NCBI GenBank assembly: GCA_946630405.1 | Contig: CAMOYW010000001.1 | Span: forward strand, 1 to 36,933 | Reading direction: 5' to 3' | Source: an uncultured Clostridia bacterium | Lineage (GTDB): Bacteria; Bacillota; Clostridia; Lachnospirales; CAG-274 | Length of the DNA stretch: 36,933 nucleotides | Part shown: piece after piece, positions 24,668 through 32,155 of the stretch | How the letters are laid out: every line of letters begins with the position of its first letter | Numbering within the stretch: position 1 is the first letter of the stretch | Translations under genes and position numbers: made by a program | Notes under the pieces: model-generated | Told to the model about the DNA's origin: nothing | Seen by the model: only the letters and a program-made list of their open reading frames with translations | Database searches by the model: none

Positions 24668-25249
24668 TTATTCTGATAGTGTTTTATACAATTCGGGGTT
24701 TTCCGTATAAAGCTTGTTACGCTCCGTGTAGGTCATACCCTCAAACTGTGCTTTGGTGATTGTTTCCGTACCCTTGCCCGCATCGGGTGTAGGTGTGGAG
24801 GCCATAGCTTCACCTTTTGCCTTTTTCTGAATCGAAGCCATTACGGTCTGCTGATTCTTAATGACGGTAGCAAGGTCTTTCTCGATCATAGCCGTAGCCG
24901 TTTCTTCGGCTAACTTCTCGTCGTAACCTATTGCTATGAGCTTTGCCTTGTTATCGGCAATCTCCGTCTTTTTAAGAAGCTCGTCGTACTTGCTCTGCAA
25001 GTCAGCCTGAAGCTTCTGCTGCTCTGCGATAGCAGCTTCCTGCTCCGCTTTTGCAACTTCTTCAGCACTCATTCGGGCCTTGAGATCCTTCTTACTTGCG
25101 GCAAGCTGCGAAGCAACCTCGTCAAAACGGTCTTTCTTCACATAGCCCGTATAATCAGGATCGGGAATGGTAAACGCTTCAAGGGCCTTTACCTTTTCTT
25201 CAGCCGTCATGTTCTCGTAGCCTTCGATCTTTGAAATGTCAATGTTCAT
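24668..25249 (-). CDS. Scaffolding protein
   Basis: 193 aa, highly helical and rich in Glu/Lys/Ala (AEQQKLQADLQSKYDELLKK). It lies immediately upstream of the capsid gene. Confidence 0.8.
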   Translation of the reverse strand: MNIDISKIEGYENMTAEEKVKALEAFTIPDPDYTGYVKKDRFDEVASQLAASKKDLKARMSAEEVAKAEQEAAIAEQQKLQADLQSKYDELLKKTEIADNKAKLIAIGYDEKLAEETATAMIEKDLATVIKNQQTVMASIQKKAKGEAMASTPTPDAGKGTETITKAQFEGMTYTERNKLYTENPELYKTLSE

Positions 25250-25293
25250 AATGTTCTCCTTGCGTTTTTAGGTTTTCTCTAACCGTTAGTATT

Positions 25294-25346
25294 GTGATTT
25301 CTCGCTTCTCTGCGTTTTCGTGATTTACGGCTTCTCTGCCGTGTTC
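25294..25346. repeat. Imperfect tandem repeat (26/27 nt x2) in the head-operon leader
   Basis: gtgatttctcgcttctctgcgttttc followed by gtgatttacggcttctctgccgtgttc. Confidence 0.6.
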
Positions 25347-25358
25347 CACAAGTGGAAC
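25343..25358. promoter_or_regulatory. Palindrome GTTCCA-N4-TGGAAC
   Basis: gttccacaagtggaac lies in the 128-nt gap between the gp7-like gene and the scaffold gene. It has the same half-sites as 13194-13209. Confidence 0.45.
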
Positions 25359-25377
25359 AAAGTGTTTATAATAAAAG

Positions 25378-26052
25378 TCATTCCGGCCTCTTATTATCAG
25401 GTTTTTCTATCGGCTCTATCCAACATCGGCAATTATAATGTGGTTTTGGGGGTATTTCGGTTATCTTATATATCTTCTCGTCCATATCCTCACATATTCC
25501 GCACACCTTATCGTCATGCTCACTTTGCCACTTTACATACTTAATGCCGTTCGCCTTGAAGGTATCACCCCTGAAGGTATCGACTATCGTATCGCCGTAC
25601 TGTTTAGTCTGCGTGTGCCAAAGATGTGCAAATTTCCGTAACTGATAGTGGTATTTCTCCCTGCTATCTAACATCAAAGCTACAATCAGGGCTTCCGATA
25701 ACCTACTTCTCTTACGGTCTGCTTCGGGATAGTAAAGGTAGTCCGTAACCGGATTGTATGCTTTAAGCACCTTATCTACTTCTTTGCTACCCGTCGGTAT
25801 CTCTTTAGCCTTGCCGGTAGTGCCGTATAGATTGTCAAGATCCTCGACGGCTTCCTTCATAGCAGCATACGCTATCGCTTTGAAGGCGGCGGCATTTGCT
25901 TTAAGCAAACGCTCTACCATTTCTTCCGTCTTGCTCTTTATTGTCATAGCGTTCAACTCGTCAAACCCTATAACATCGAGCCTATTTATTTCTCGTCTTA
26001 ATTCAGCATCTAACTTCTTTTGAAGCTCGTCTGCTAAATCATATCGTGCCAT
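25378..26052 (-). CDS. Head morphogenesis protein (SPP1 gp7 / Mu F-like)
   Basis: 224 aa. The C-terminal signature is WQSEHDDKVCGICEDMDEKIY...PPKPHYNCRCWIEPI. Confidence 0.8.
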   Translation of the reverse strand: MARYDLADELQKKLDAELRREINRLDVIGFDELNAMTIKSKTEEMVERLLKANAAAFKAIAYAAMKEAVEDLDNLYGTTGKAKEIPTGSKEVDKVLKAYNPVTDYLYYPEADRKRSRLSEALIVALMLDSREKYHYQLRKFAHLWHTQTKQYGDTIVDTFRGDTFKANGIKYVKWQSEHDDKVCGICEDMDEKIYKITEIPPKPHYNCRCWIEPIEKPDNKRPE

Positions 26053-27481
26053 TTACTCCGTCCTCGTCAGGTATAGTTTCAATCTCCCACTTCTCCTGCT
26101 GCTCTGCGTAGTAAGATTCGCTCATTGTGTATGCCGTTTCAGGATCACTAAACATACCACTATGCTCAAACGCAAGCTTCGGGTGAATGTGAGGATTATT
26201 AAGCATCTCGCAAAGTACCTGGGCTTTAGTCTGAATATCATCGTAATTACGGCGGGTGAACTTCGGCTCAATATCCATAGAACGAAGATGCAGGTCGTTA
26301 TCGCCTACATACTTACAGATGTGAAGAATAAGCTTTAGCATCTCGTTTTCGGAAGCCTTGAACATAGCTTCTGAAGCTGCCGCCCTCTTTTCCACCTGCT
26401 CCCAACCGTGTGCTACGATAGATGCTCCGTTATTAGCGGATATACCCGAATTGCCGTTGTTTACGGTAGGAAGTCCGCAAATCTTAACTACGGCTGCATA
26501 CAAATCTTCCTTCGACACTTGTGCATCGGCCTGCGAGAAGTCTGTTTTTACAAGCTCTACATCAGCAGCGAGGGAAGAATCAACCGACTTCAGCTTGATT
26601 GCTCCGTATTCAGCCAGGTTATCAAGATCGTTCGTATCTACATCACAATTCACAAACTTCAAGAAGCTCTGAATCTGCTGCTCTACACCGTCAAGACGGT
26701 TACTTTCAAGCCTATTGATAGCATCAAGAAGCGGAAGAACTATCTCAAACGCACCAAGACGGGCATTGTTAGCCGGATATTCAAATATCGGGATAGTACC
26801 AAGCATATTCGGTGTTACCTTAACACCCGAACCGTCTGAAGGTGCTTCCACAAGGCAACCGTCAGGGAACTTGAATACATACTTATCAGAATATGCCGTG
26901 AAGTGCTTTACCCCATACTCGTCTACTATGTAGTTAACACCAAGCAGGCGCTTGTTACCGATAGCTGAAGAATAGATTACGAAGGTGTTACGAGGATCAA
27001 GTGTGAAAATCTCGAACGGTGCATCGTCTACTTCGGTAGGCTCGTCGGCCTTTACGAAGCGGTATGCCGTACCGCAAATCGTATTCCACTCGATTATTTC
27101 TTCGTCCTTCTTTGCCTTGTTCTCTGAATACATAAAGTCATTCAGCTTCGAGATAGCTGCACTATCTACCTTTTCCGAATGTCCTACATACTGTACGGGA
27201 TCTCCGATAAGGTACGAGGTCTTGAAGGTAACAATCTCGAAAGCGTGGTTTACCACGATCTTATTGTTTATGTCCTCACGAACCTTTTTGACACGGTTTA
27301 ATATCGGCTGATTGCCCTTATAGTAATTGTAGAGATAGTTTATGTCAGTAGAATTGATAGTATGAGCGGTGATAGCATCGTTTACTATCTTGCCAACATT
27401 ATTGACGGTAACTTCTTCCGCATCGGAAAAAATCACCTTCCTGCCAAATGTAACCTTTTCTATCGCACTTACACTACTCAT
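26039..27481 (-). CDS. Portal protein (SPP1 gp6-like)
   Basis: About 480 aa, with YYKGNQPILNRVK...INNKIVVNHAFEIV. The start is set at the ATG at 27481 (MSSVSAIEK), with GAGGT upstream. The track start at 27514 lies inside a palindrome. Confidence 0.88.
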   Translation of the reverse strand: MSSVSAIEKVTFGRKVIFSDAEEVTVNNVGKIVNDAITAHTINSTDINYLYNYYKGNQPILNRVKKVREDINNKIVVNHAFEIVTFKTSYLIGDPVQYVGHSEKVDSAAISKLNDFMYSENKAKKDEEIIEWNTICGTAYRFVKADEPTEVDDAPFEIFTLDPRNTFVIYSSAIGNKRLLGVNYIVDEYGVKHFTAYSDKYVFKFPDGCLVEAPSDGSGVKVTPNMLGTIPIFEYPANNARLGAFEIVLPLLDAINRLESNRLDGVEQQIQSFLKFVNCDVDTNDLDNLAEYGAIKLKSVDSSLAADVELVKTDFSQADAQVSKEDLYAAVVKICGLPTVNNGNSGISANNGASIVAHGWEQVEKRAAASEAMFKASENEMLKLILHICKYVGDNDLHLRSMDIEPKFTRRNYDDIQTKAQVLCEMLNNPHIHPKLAFEHSGMFSDPETAYTMSESYYAEQQEKWEIETIPDEDGVNGTI

Positions 27482-27494
27482 ATCTCTACCTCGC

Positions 27495-27517
27495 AATTTG
27501 CAAACCGTTTGCAAATT
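27495..27517. promoter_or_regulatory. Perfect 11-1-11 palindrome AATTTGCAAAC-C-GTTTGCAAATT
   Basis: It ends 14 nt upstream of the portal start codon, immediately before the SD. Confidence 0.55.
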
Positions 27518-27574
27518 CTTTAATTACATAAATGACACATAATTAAACGGTTGTCAATTTTTTCGAGCAAAGTT

Positions 27575-27604
27575 AAACCCCGTAGATGCCTGACTACGGG
27601 GTTT
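27575..27604. terminator. GC-rich hairpin AAACCCCGTAG-N8-CTACGGGGTTT
   Basis: An 11-bp perfect stem flanked by A and T runs, so it is shaped like a bidirectional terminator. It lies in the terL-portal gap. Confidence 0.55.
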
Positions 27605-27685
27605 AGGAGAGATAACTCACAAAAGAATACAAAGTGATCGTCTACCTACTTGAAGTATAGCATTATCGTTTCATTCGGGCAACTA

Positions 27686-27718
27686 AATAAAAACCCGTGA
27701 TGCTAAATACATCACGGG
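27686..27718 (-). terminator. Rho-independent terminator downstream of terL
   Basis: The minus strand reads CCCGTGATG-tatttag-CATCACGGG followed by TTTTTATTT. It begins 55 nt after the terL stop. Confidence 0.6.
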
Positions 27719-27772
27719 GAAACATGGGAAGATTACAAAGCGAAAGGGGGGCTTCCGCTTCATACCTCGATG

Positions 27773-29437
27773 TTACCACGGGCGTTTCATAAATTCAACA
27801 CGGTTAGTAACCGGACGCTCGACAAAATCTGCTGCCATAGCAAGGCTATCGGGTGCGTCGTCATGCTTGTTACCGCCTACGATCTTGAATGAGAATGTAT
27901 TGAGGATAAACGCCTGATAGGTCTTACTCCGCTTGTTATCTTCCAGGAAATAGAACCCTCGTATCGTAGCGGCCTTATCCATAATACGAGCTTCCTTCGC
28001 CTGATTATTCGGGGCGGCTTTTGTCATAAGATTTATCTTCAGCCCTTTAGCCTTCAAAGCCGTTTCTACTTCTTCCTTATAACTCATAGTCATTTTGTTA
28101 CACTCGAAGCGTACCGCCGTAACACCGTACTTCTGAATAGCATCTACTATCATAGCCTGCGTACGCCCCTTTTCTTCATTAGAGTAGACACAATCCACAA
28201 TATAACATGAGCCGTCGGTATACTGAAATACAACCGGAGCAGCCGTGTAGTCGCCACCACCAAAAGCAGGATCTACCGCCATGAACTTCCTTACAAGCAT
28301 ATCGTCCGGCGGTAACTCACCGTTGTAGTAAAGCATTTCAGCAGGCTCGAACAGACTACCGCTACGCTCGATAGGCTCTTGCATATATTGAGCTTCCCAC
28401 GATGCAAGGTCGTTGTTATGCTCAAACGATGCCATTCTCGACTTATAGTAATTAGTGTCGAATCCTACACCGTAATCGTAATTGAAATTACTCTCCCCGT
28501 TCTCATTCAAAGCAGGAAGGGTGATAATCCTTACTCGGTGATTAGCAAACTCTTTAGATGTGGTTACTAACTCCCTGCGAAGCCCGATAGGATCTGATAA
28601 GCTCCACCTTGTACCGCACCAAAGTATTTTAGCCGTCTGCTTCGCACGGGGAAGCAGGTTGTTATCGACTTTAAGCCACACATTCACAAGCCTATCCTTG
28701 TTCATAGCTTCTTCGATAGAACCTATAAGGTCGTCTGCTATCAGAAACCCGTTGCAATCCGTAGCACCATTTAGCGTTCCGTATAATGATCTTGCCGTCA
28801 TGCTTGCATAACGCTTCTTACGGTCTATATTGAAGTATTCTTCTTTAGCATTAGTGTCGGCTACTACCTTGCCTGGGAATATATCACTCCACCTATAAGT
28901 AACCTTATCGCCTATGATCTCAAGGCAACCCGTGTAGAACGCATTAGTGATGTAGTCCGAATAAGCAGAATACAGATTACTTGCTTCCGGATTGCGGCCT
29001 ACAAGCCATGTAATTGCGAACATCAAGAGAGATGTTTTTCCAACGCGGGGCGGCATCGACAAAAACAACTCGTCTAACTTATCGTCTGCTAAATCCTGAA
29101 TAGCATCTGCAAGCGGTTTAAGTGTGCTCCTTCTCGGCAAGTAAAACCTATCCCTCGGCTCTCTGTTCCACTCTAAAGCTATCATATAAGAATCGAAGTC
29201 ATACGGTGCTACCTTCGTGAACACCCTTTTGAGCAGGTCGTCGAACTGTTCCGCAAAATCTACATCGCACTCCTGCAACTCACGATTGAGCATAGATGCT
29301 ATCCACTTCAGCGTGTTTACATTCTCGCTCGGTGCATCGTAGACTAACCCGAATAAGTCCTCGTAGTTTTGGTATTCATGCGGATTGCTCCTTATCTCGT
29401 AGATAATCTGATTTACAAGCTCTACACCGCTACTCAT
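27773..29437 (-). CDS. terL: Terminase large subunit
   Basis: 554 aa. It has Walker A SMPPRVGKTS and Walker B-like GFLIADDLIGS, plus a C-terminal RNaseH-like nuclease region (MAVDPAFGGGDY...DDAPDSL). Confidence 0.9.
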   Translation of the reverse strand: MSSGVELVNQIIYEIRSNPHEYQNYEDLFGLVYDAPSENVNTLKWIASMLNRELQECDVDFAEQFDDLLKRVFTKVAPYDFDSYMIALEWNREPRDRFYLPRRSTLKPLADAIQDLADDKLDELFLSMPPRVGKTSLLMFAITWLVGRNPEASNLYSAYSDYITNAFYTGCLEIIGDKVTYRWSDIFPGKVVADTNAKEEYFNIDRKKRYASMTARSLYGTLNGATDCNGFLIADDLIGSIEEAMNKDRLVNVWLKVDNNLLPRAKQTAKILWCGTRWSLSDPIGLRRELVTTSKEFANHRVRIITLPALNENGESNFNYDYGVGFDTNYYKSRMASFEHNNDLASWEAQYMQEPIERSGSLFEPAEMLYYNGELPPDDMLVRKFMAVDPAFGGGDYTAAPVVFQYTDGSCYIVDCVYSNEEKGRTQAMIVDAIQKYGVTAVRFECNKMTMSYKEEVETALKAKGLKINLMTKAAPNNQAKEARIMDKAATIRGFYFLEDNKRSKTYQAFILNTFSFKIVGGNKHDDAPDSLAMAADFVERPVTNRVEFMKRPW

Positions 29438-30075
29438 ACGACACCACCTTCTTCGGGCGGGGTAATATCCTTAAAGGTATGCCTACGCCTGATTGCTTCC
29501 TTATCGTATTGAACATCAGGAACGGTAACTGAAGTGTCTACATTTATCTTATCAGCAAAGCCGTGGAGATTTTTAAGCTGAAAGATTACCGATACCGTAT
29601 CAGCGTTGCCGTAAAGCGAAGCATTAGTGAGAACATCGGCTATCAGATCCCGTACTCGTTCAAGGTAATCCGTAACCTCGTTCTTATGAGTATTCATGTA
29701 GTTATTCAGCTTACTACGGCTAATCCCTAACCCGATTGAGGTATAAGTCAGCATAGACGGAAAGTGTTGTGCTGCCGCACACGATGCAAAGTATTCTTCC
29801 GTCTTATCTATTACCTCGTTGAGATCGTCCAGGTTTACCGCCTTGATGTTACGAAGCTGCTTTCTCGACACGGCATTACTCACCTGCATAAGATTGTCGG
29901 CAAGCATAGCTCCCTTATGTGCATCTGCCGTGGCCTTGTAGGTAGGTGATTGACCGTCAAGCCTACCCCTTTCTTCATTTTGTATTTTGAGCTGCTTATC
30001 TTTCGCAAGCAACGCAGGCATATTACTCGACTTCACGAACTCGGTACGCTGATAGCGTTTCTTCTCGTTATCCAT
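29434..30075 (-). CDS. terS: Terminase small subunit
   Basis: 213 aa with a 4-nt overlap with terL. It has an HTH-like segment PSMLTYTSIGLGISRSKLNNY and an IFQLKNLHG motif. Confidence 0.7.
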   Translation of the reverse strand: MDNEKKRYQRTEFVKSSNMPALLAKDKQLKIQNEERGRLDGQSPTYKATADAHKGAMLADNLMQVSNAVSRKQLRNIKAVNLDDLNEVIDKTEEYFASCAAAQHFPSMLTYTSIGLGISRSKLNNYMNTHKNEVTDYLERVRDLIADVLTNASLYGNADTVSVIFQLKNLHGFADKINVDTSVTVPDVQYDKEAIRRRHTFKDITPPEEGGVV

Positions 30076-30154
30076 ATTCCTTGCCTTCCTTATAACATAT
30101 CTATATGATGTAGATATAAATAAAAAAGCCTTTTTCTACTTTCGGCGATTTTTT

Positions 30155-30184
30155 CGCACCCTTCCGGTTGAGGGTGCGTTTTTT
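30155..30184 (+). terminator. Hairpin CGCACCCT-N8-AGGGTGCG with a T-run only on the plus strand
   Basis: On the plus strand it reads TTTTTT-stem-loop-stem-TTTTTTG. It lies between two minus-strand genes, so as an intrinsic terminator it points antisense to them. Confidence 0.45.
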
Positions 30185-30185
30185 G

Positions 30186-30503
30186 TTATAAGGGATCGTT
30201 CTCTGAATAAAGCGAGTATATCTTTTCGGGATTATGAAGATCCTGCACTAAAAGTGAATACCCCATACAATCCAACAGATAAAGCAGGAAGGGAAGCTGA
30301 ATATCCTTACCGCTTCTCGGCTTCACCTTTTGGTGGAATGTGGAATACTTCATGTTCTCGATGCTACGATCTACTATCTCACCGTCAACGATGTTTTCTT
30401 CCTTAATATCCAAAAACAACTTGTGCATATTAGTATTACGGTTATACATAGCCGTTTCTAATAGCTCCTGCGGTGTTACGGGTGTCGGGTTAAAACCTTC
30501 CAT
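30186..30503 (-). CDS. Hypothetical protein (105 aa), possible degenerate HTH
   Basis: A strong SD (AAAGGAGG) is present. The C-terminal LPFLLYLLDCMGYSLLVQ resembles the recognition-helix/strand segment of the two upstream genes. Confidence 0.6.
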   Translation of the reverse strand: MEGFNPTPVTPQELLETAMYNRNTNMHKLFLDIKEENIVDGEIVDRSIENMKYSTFHQKVKPRSGKDIQLPFLLYLLDCMGYSLLVQDLHNPEKIYSLYSENDPL

Positions 30504-30507
30504 ATAG

Positions 30508-30810
30508 TTATTCCTCCTTTATCTTACCTTTAAGCCAGGTATCTAAATCCCTATCCATTTCTTCAAACGGAACATCAAATTGCTTCACTCCGTCAATAGG
30601 GTAGTCCTTGCCCTCGTACTGAAATACCAATCTACCGCCCATGTGCTTCGCCAGGTTGCAAAGCCGCAGCTCCGTATCTGAATAGGTAAAATCGTATATA
30701 TGCTTCTTAAAATACCGTCCTGCACTTCCCTTAAATATCGGATCAGGCTCAAATGAGCGTATTCCCTTCTCATATAACCGTTCAAATATAACTTCCTTCA
30801 GCCTTGCCAT
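30508..30810 (-). CDS. Hypothetical protein (100 aa), possible degenerate HTH
   Basis: An ORF with an SD. The segment TELRLCNLAKHMGGRLVFQ parallels VATLYKVAKYFGYIIVV in the upstream gene. Confidence 0.6.
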   Translation of the reverse strand: MARLKEVIFERLYEKGIRSFEPDPIFKGSAGRYFKKHIYDFTYSDTELRLCNLAKHMGGRLVFQYEGKDYPIDGVKQFDVPFEEMDRDLDTWLKGKIKEE

Positions 30811-30814
30811 ACCT

Positions 30815-31192
30815 TCACTTCCTTTTCTTCAACTGTCCGGTATACGGATCTTTGTAAACGGCGTTCTTCACTCTCCTGCCTTTTCGATACCCTTGCTTCG
30901 GCCTGCCCCTCGGTTTCTTATCAGTAGTCCTGCTCACTTCAAACGGTAACGGCTCGTCCTCTTGTGTGATAACCATATCTGAATTCCCCGTGTCGTCAGC
31001 AGGATTCATAACAACTATGATGTACCCAAAATACTTCGCTACCTTGTATAGCGTAGCAACGGTAACATCGTTCTTCTCCGTAAGGCCCGTTAAACTTGCA
31101 GCGTACTTATAACCGCATTTATTAGCTACATCTATAAGCGGTGTTTCTCCCCTTAATGTCAGCAGGCGTTCAATTACATTCGTTCCCCTCAT
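30815..31192 (-). CDS. HTH DNA-binding protein with AT-hook-like basic tail
   Basis: The start is set at the ATG at 31192, with AGGAGG 8 nt upstream. The HTH-like segment is LIDVANKCGYKYAASLTGLTEKNDVTVATLYKVAKYFG. The tail is KKPRGRPKQGYRKGRRVKN, containing an RGRP AT-hook core. Confidence 0.65.
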   Translation of the reverse strand: MRGTNVIERLLTLRGETPLIDVANKCGYKYAASLTGLTEKNDVTVATLYKVAKYFGYIIVVMNPADDTGNSDMVITQEDEPLPFEVSRTTDKKPRGRPKQGYRKGRRVKNAVYKDPYTGQLKKRK

Positions 31193-31227
31193 GAAACATT
31201 CCTCCTTTTCAGCCTTCATATGTCGTC

Positions 31228-31256
31228 ATAATAACTCACAATTTTGTGTTTCACAA
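31228..31256 (-). promoter_or_regulatory. Promoter TTGTGA-17-TATTAT with embedded operator CACAATTTTGTG
   Basis: The minus strand reads TTGTGA (31256-31251), a 17-nt spacer, then TATTAT (31233-31228). The palindrome at 31237-31248 lies in the spacer. It shares the blocks tcataataa and tttgtgtttca with the cro promoter at 9861-9883. Confidence 0.55.
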
Positions 31257-31425
31257 GTGCATCAACCCGAAAATTTGTAGCCTTTTGAATTTTTGCTTAA
31301 AAATTAAACAAAAGAATTTGAGGAAAATAGGGGGTGCAATTTTTCTTTACTATTTCAAAGAATTCTAATCAGATAAAATTCACTCTTAACGGCTGAATCA
31401 GGATCAGGGCAAATTCGCAGAATTT

Positions 31426-31439
31426 CACAAAATTTTGGG
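31426..31439. promoter_or_regulatory. Operator-like near-palindrome CACAAAATTTTGGG
   Basis: One mismatch from CACAA-N4-TTGTG, about 180 bp upstream of the 31228-31256 promoter. Confidence 0.35.
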
Positions 31440-31878
31440 TATTTTAAGTGAAAAGTGAGTTTTTTGAACGATTTTTCCTATAAGTTCTCCCTATATAGGT
31501 AGGTTGGCTTTGTATTTGAGAAACTTATAGAAAATATCGTCGAATAACAACTATAAAACTAAAAGAATTTTTAACATATTAAACGAGGTTCGTATCTGTT
31601 TTTCTACGATATATCTGCAACTTATTGTGAATTTGTATCGTAAAAAGAACGATATTCTTGTAAGAAAAACGAACTGAAGATTTGCTGATCGTCGGTGGGT
31701 GGAGAATGGTGGAAAGGGTTGATAAAAAAGGCTTTTAAGGGCTTCGGGTGATTTCACGCCCACCCCCGCCCCCTCTCCGATGCCTGGCAGCCCCTGGGGG
31801 TGTCCGGTCAAGTGTACGCCATACACGGACAATTACACCGAATTATAAAACGGGTGTATGTATCAAGTATAGATAACG

Positions 31879-31907
31879 CTCAAACCCTTTATTTTCAAGG
31901 GTTTGAG
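31879..31907. repeat. 11-bp perfect hairpin CTCAAACCCTT-N7-AAGGGTTTGAG
   Basis: Seen directly. Its 3' arm extends as GGTTTGAGGGT (31900-31910), whose reverse complement recurs at 32052-32062. Confidence 0.7.
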
Positions 31908-31992
31908 GGTGCTATACGAATTTGGAAATTCGGCAAAATTATTCTTTTGTGGAATTAGAACGGGTGTATCAATGAAATTTTACAGTTAGGAC

Positions 31993-32011
31993 TGCGCAAC
32001 TTTTGCGCAAC
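31993..32011. repeat. TGCGCAAC x2, 11-bp phased
   Basis: tgcgcaac-ttt-tgcgcaac. Each unit contains the palindromic core TTGCGCAA or TGCGCA. Confidence 0.7.
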
Positions 32012-32016
32012 AAATG

Positions 32017-32043
32017 ATTTTCATTTCACTTTCAAATGAAAAT
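32017..32043. repeat. 10-bp perfect AT-rich hairpin ATTTTCATTT-N7-AAATGAAAAT
   Basis: Seen directly. The 13-nt GATTTTCATTTCA (32016-32028) is repeated exactly at 32086-32098. Confidence 0.7.
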
Positions 32044-32126
32044 ATAATAAAACCCTCAAACCTATACCCGACAAGGCTTTCAGCCGATTTTCATTTCAAA
32101 ATTCAAATGTAACCAAATTATGAATT

Positions 32127-32155
32127 TGCGCAACTTTTGCAATTTGTTGCGCAAC
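32127..32155. repeat. TGCGCAAC x2, 21-bp phased, second copy inside the perfect palindrome GTTGCGCAAC
   Basis: tgcgcaacttttgcaatttgttgcgcaac. It shares TGCGCAACTTTTGC with 31993-32006. Confidence 0.7.

Noticed and set aside
27482-27514. Portal start at 27514 (MQTVCKLRGRD...)
   Set aside because: This ATG lies inside the 23-bp palindrome and lacks an SD. The ATG at 27481 has GAGGT at the proper distance.
27552-27557. TTGACA as a complete sigma-A promoter for the portal operon
   Set aside because: At 16-18 nt spacing the best -10 is CATTTA or ATTTAT, which is poor. It is kept only as a remark within the terL-portal gap finding.
31551-31832. Minus-strand 93-aa track ORF in the large non-coding region
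   Set aside because: It has no SD. Its N-terminal half is a by-product of the GC-rich island (GHPQGLPGIGEGAGVGV), and the rest is AT-rich junk. Nothing supports coding.
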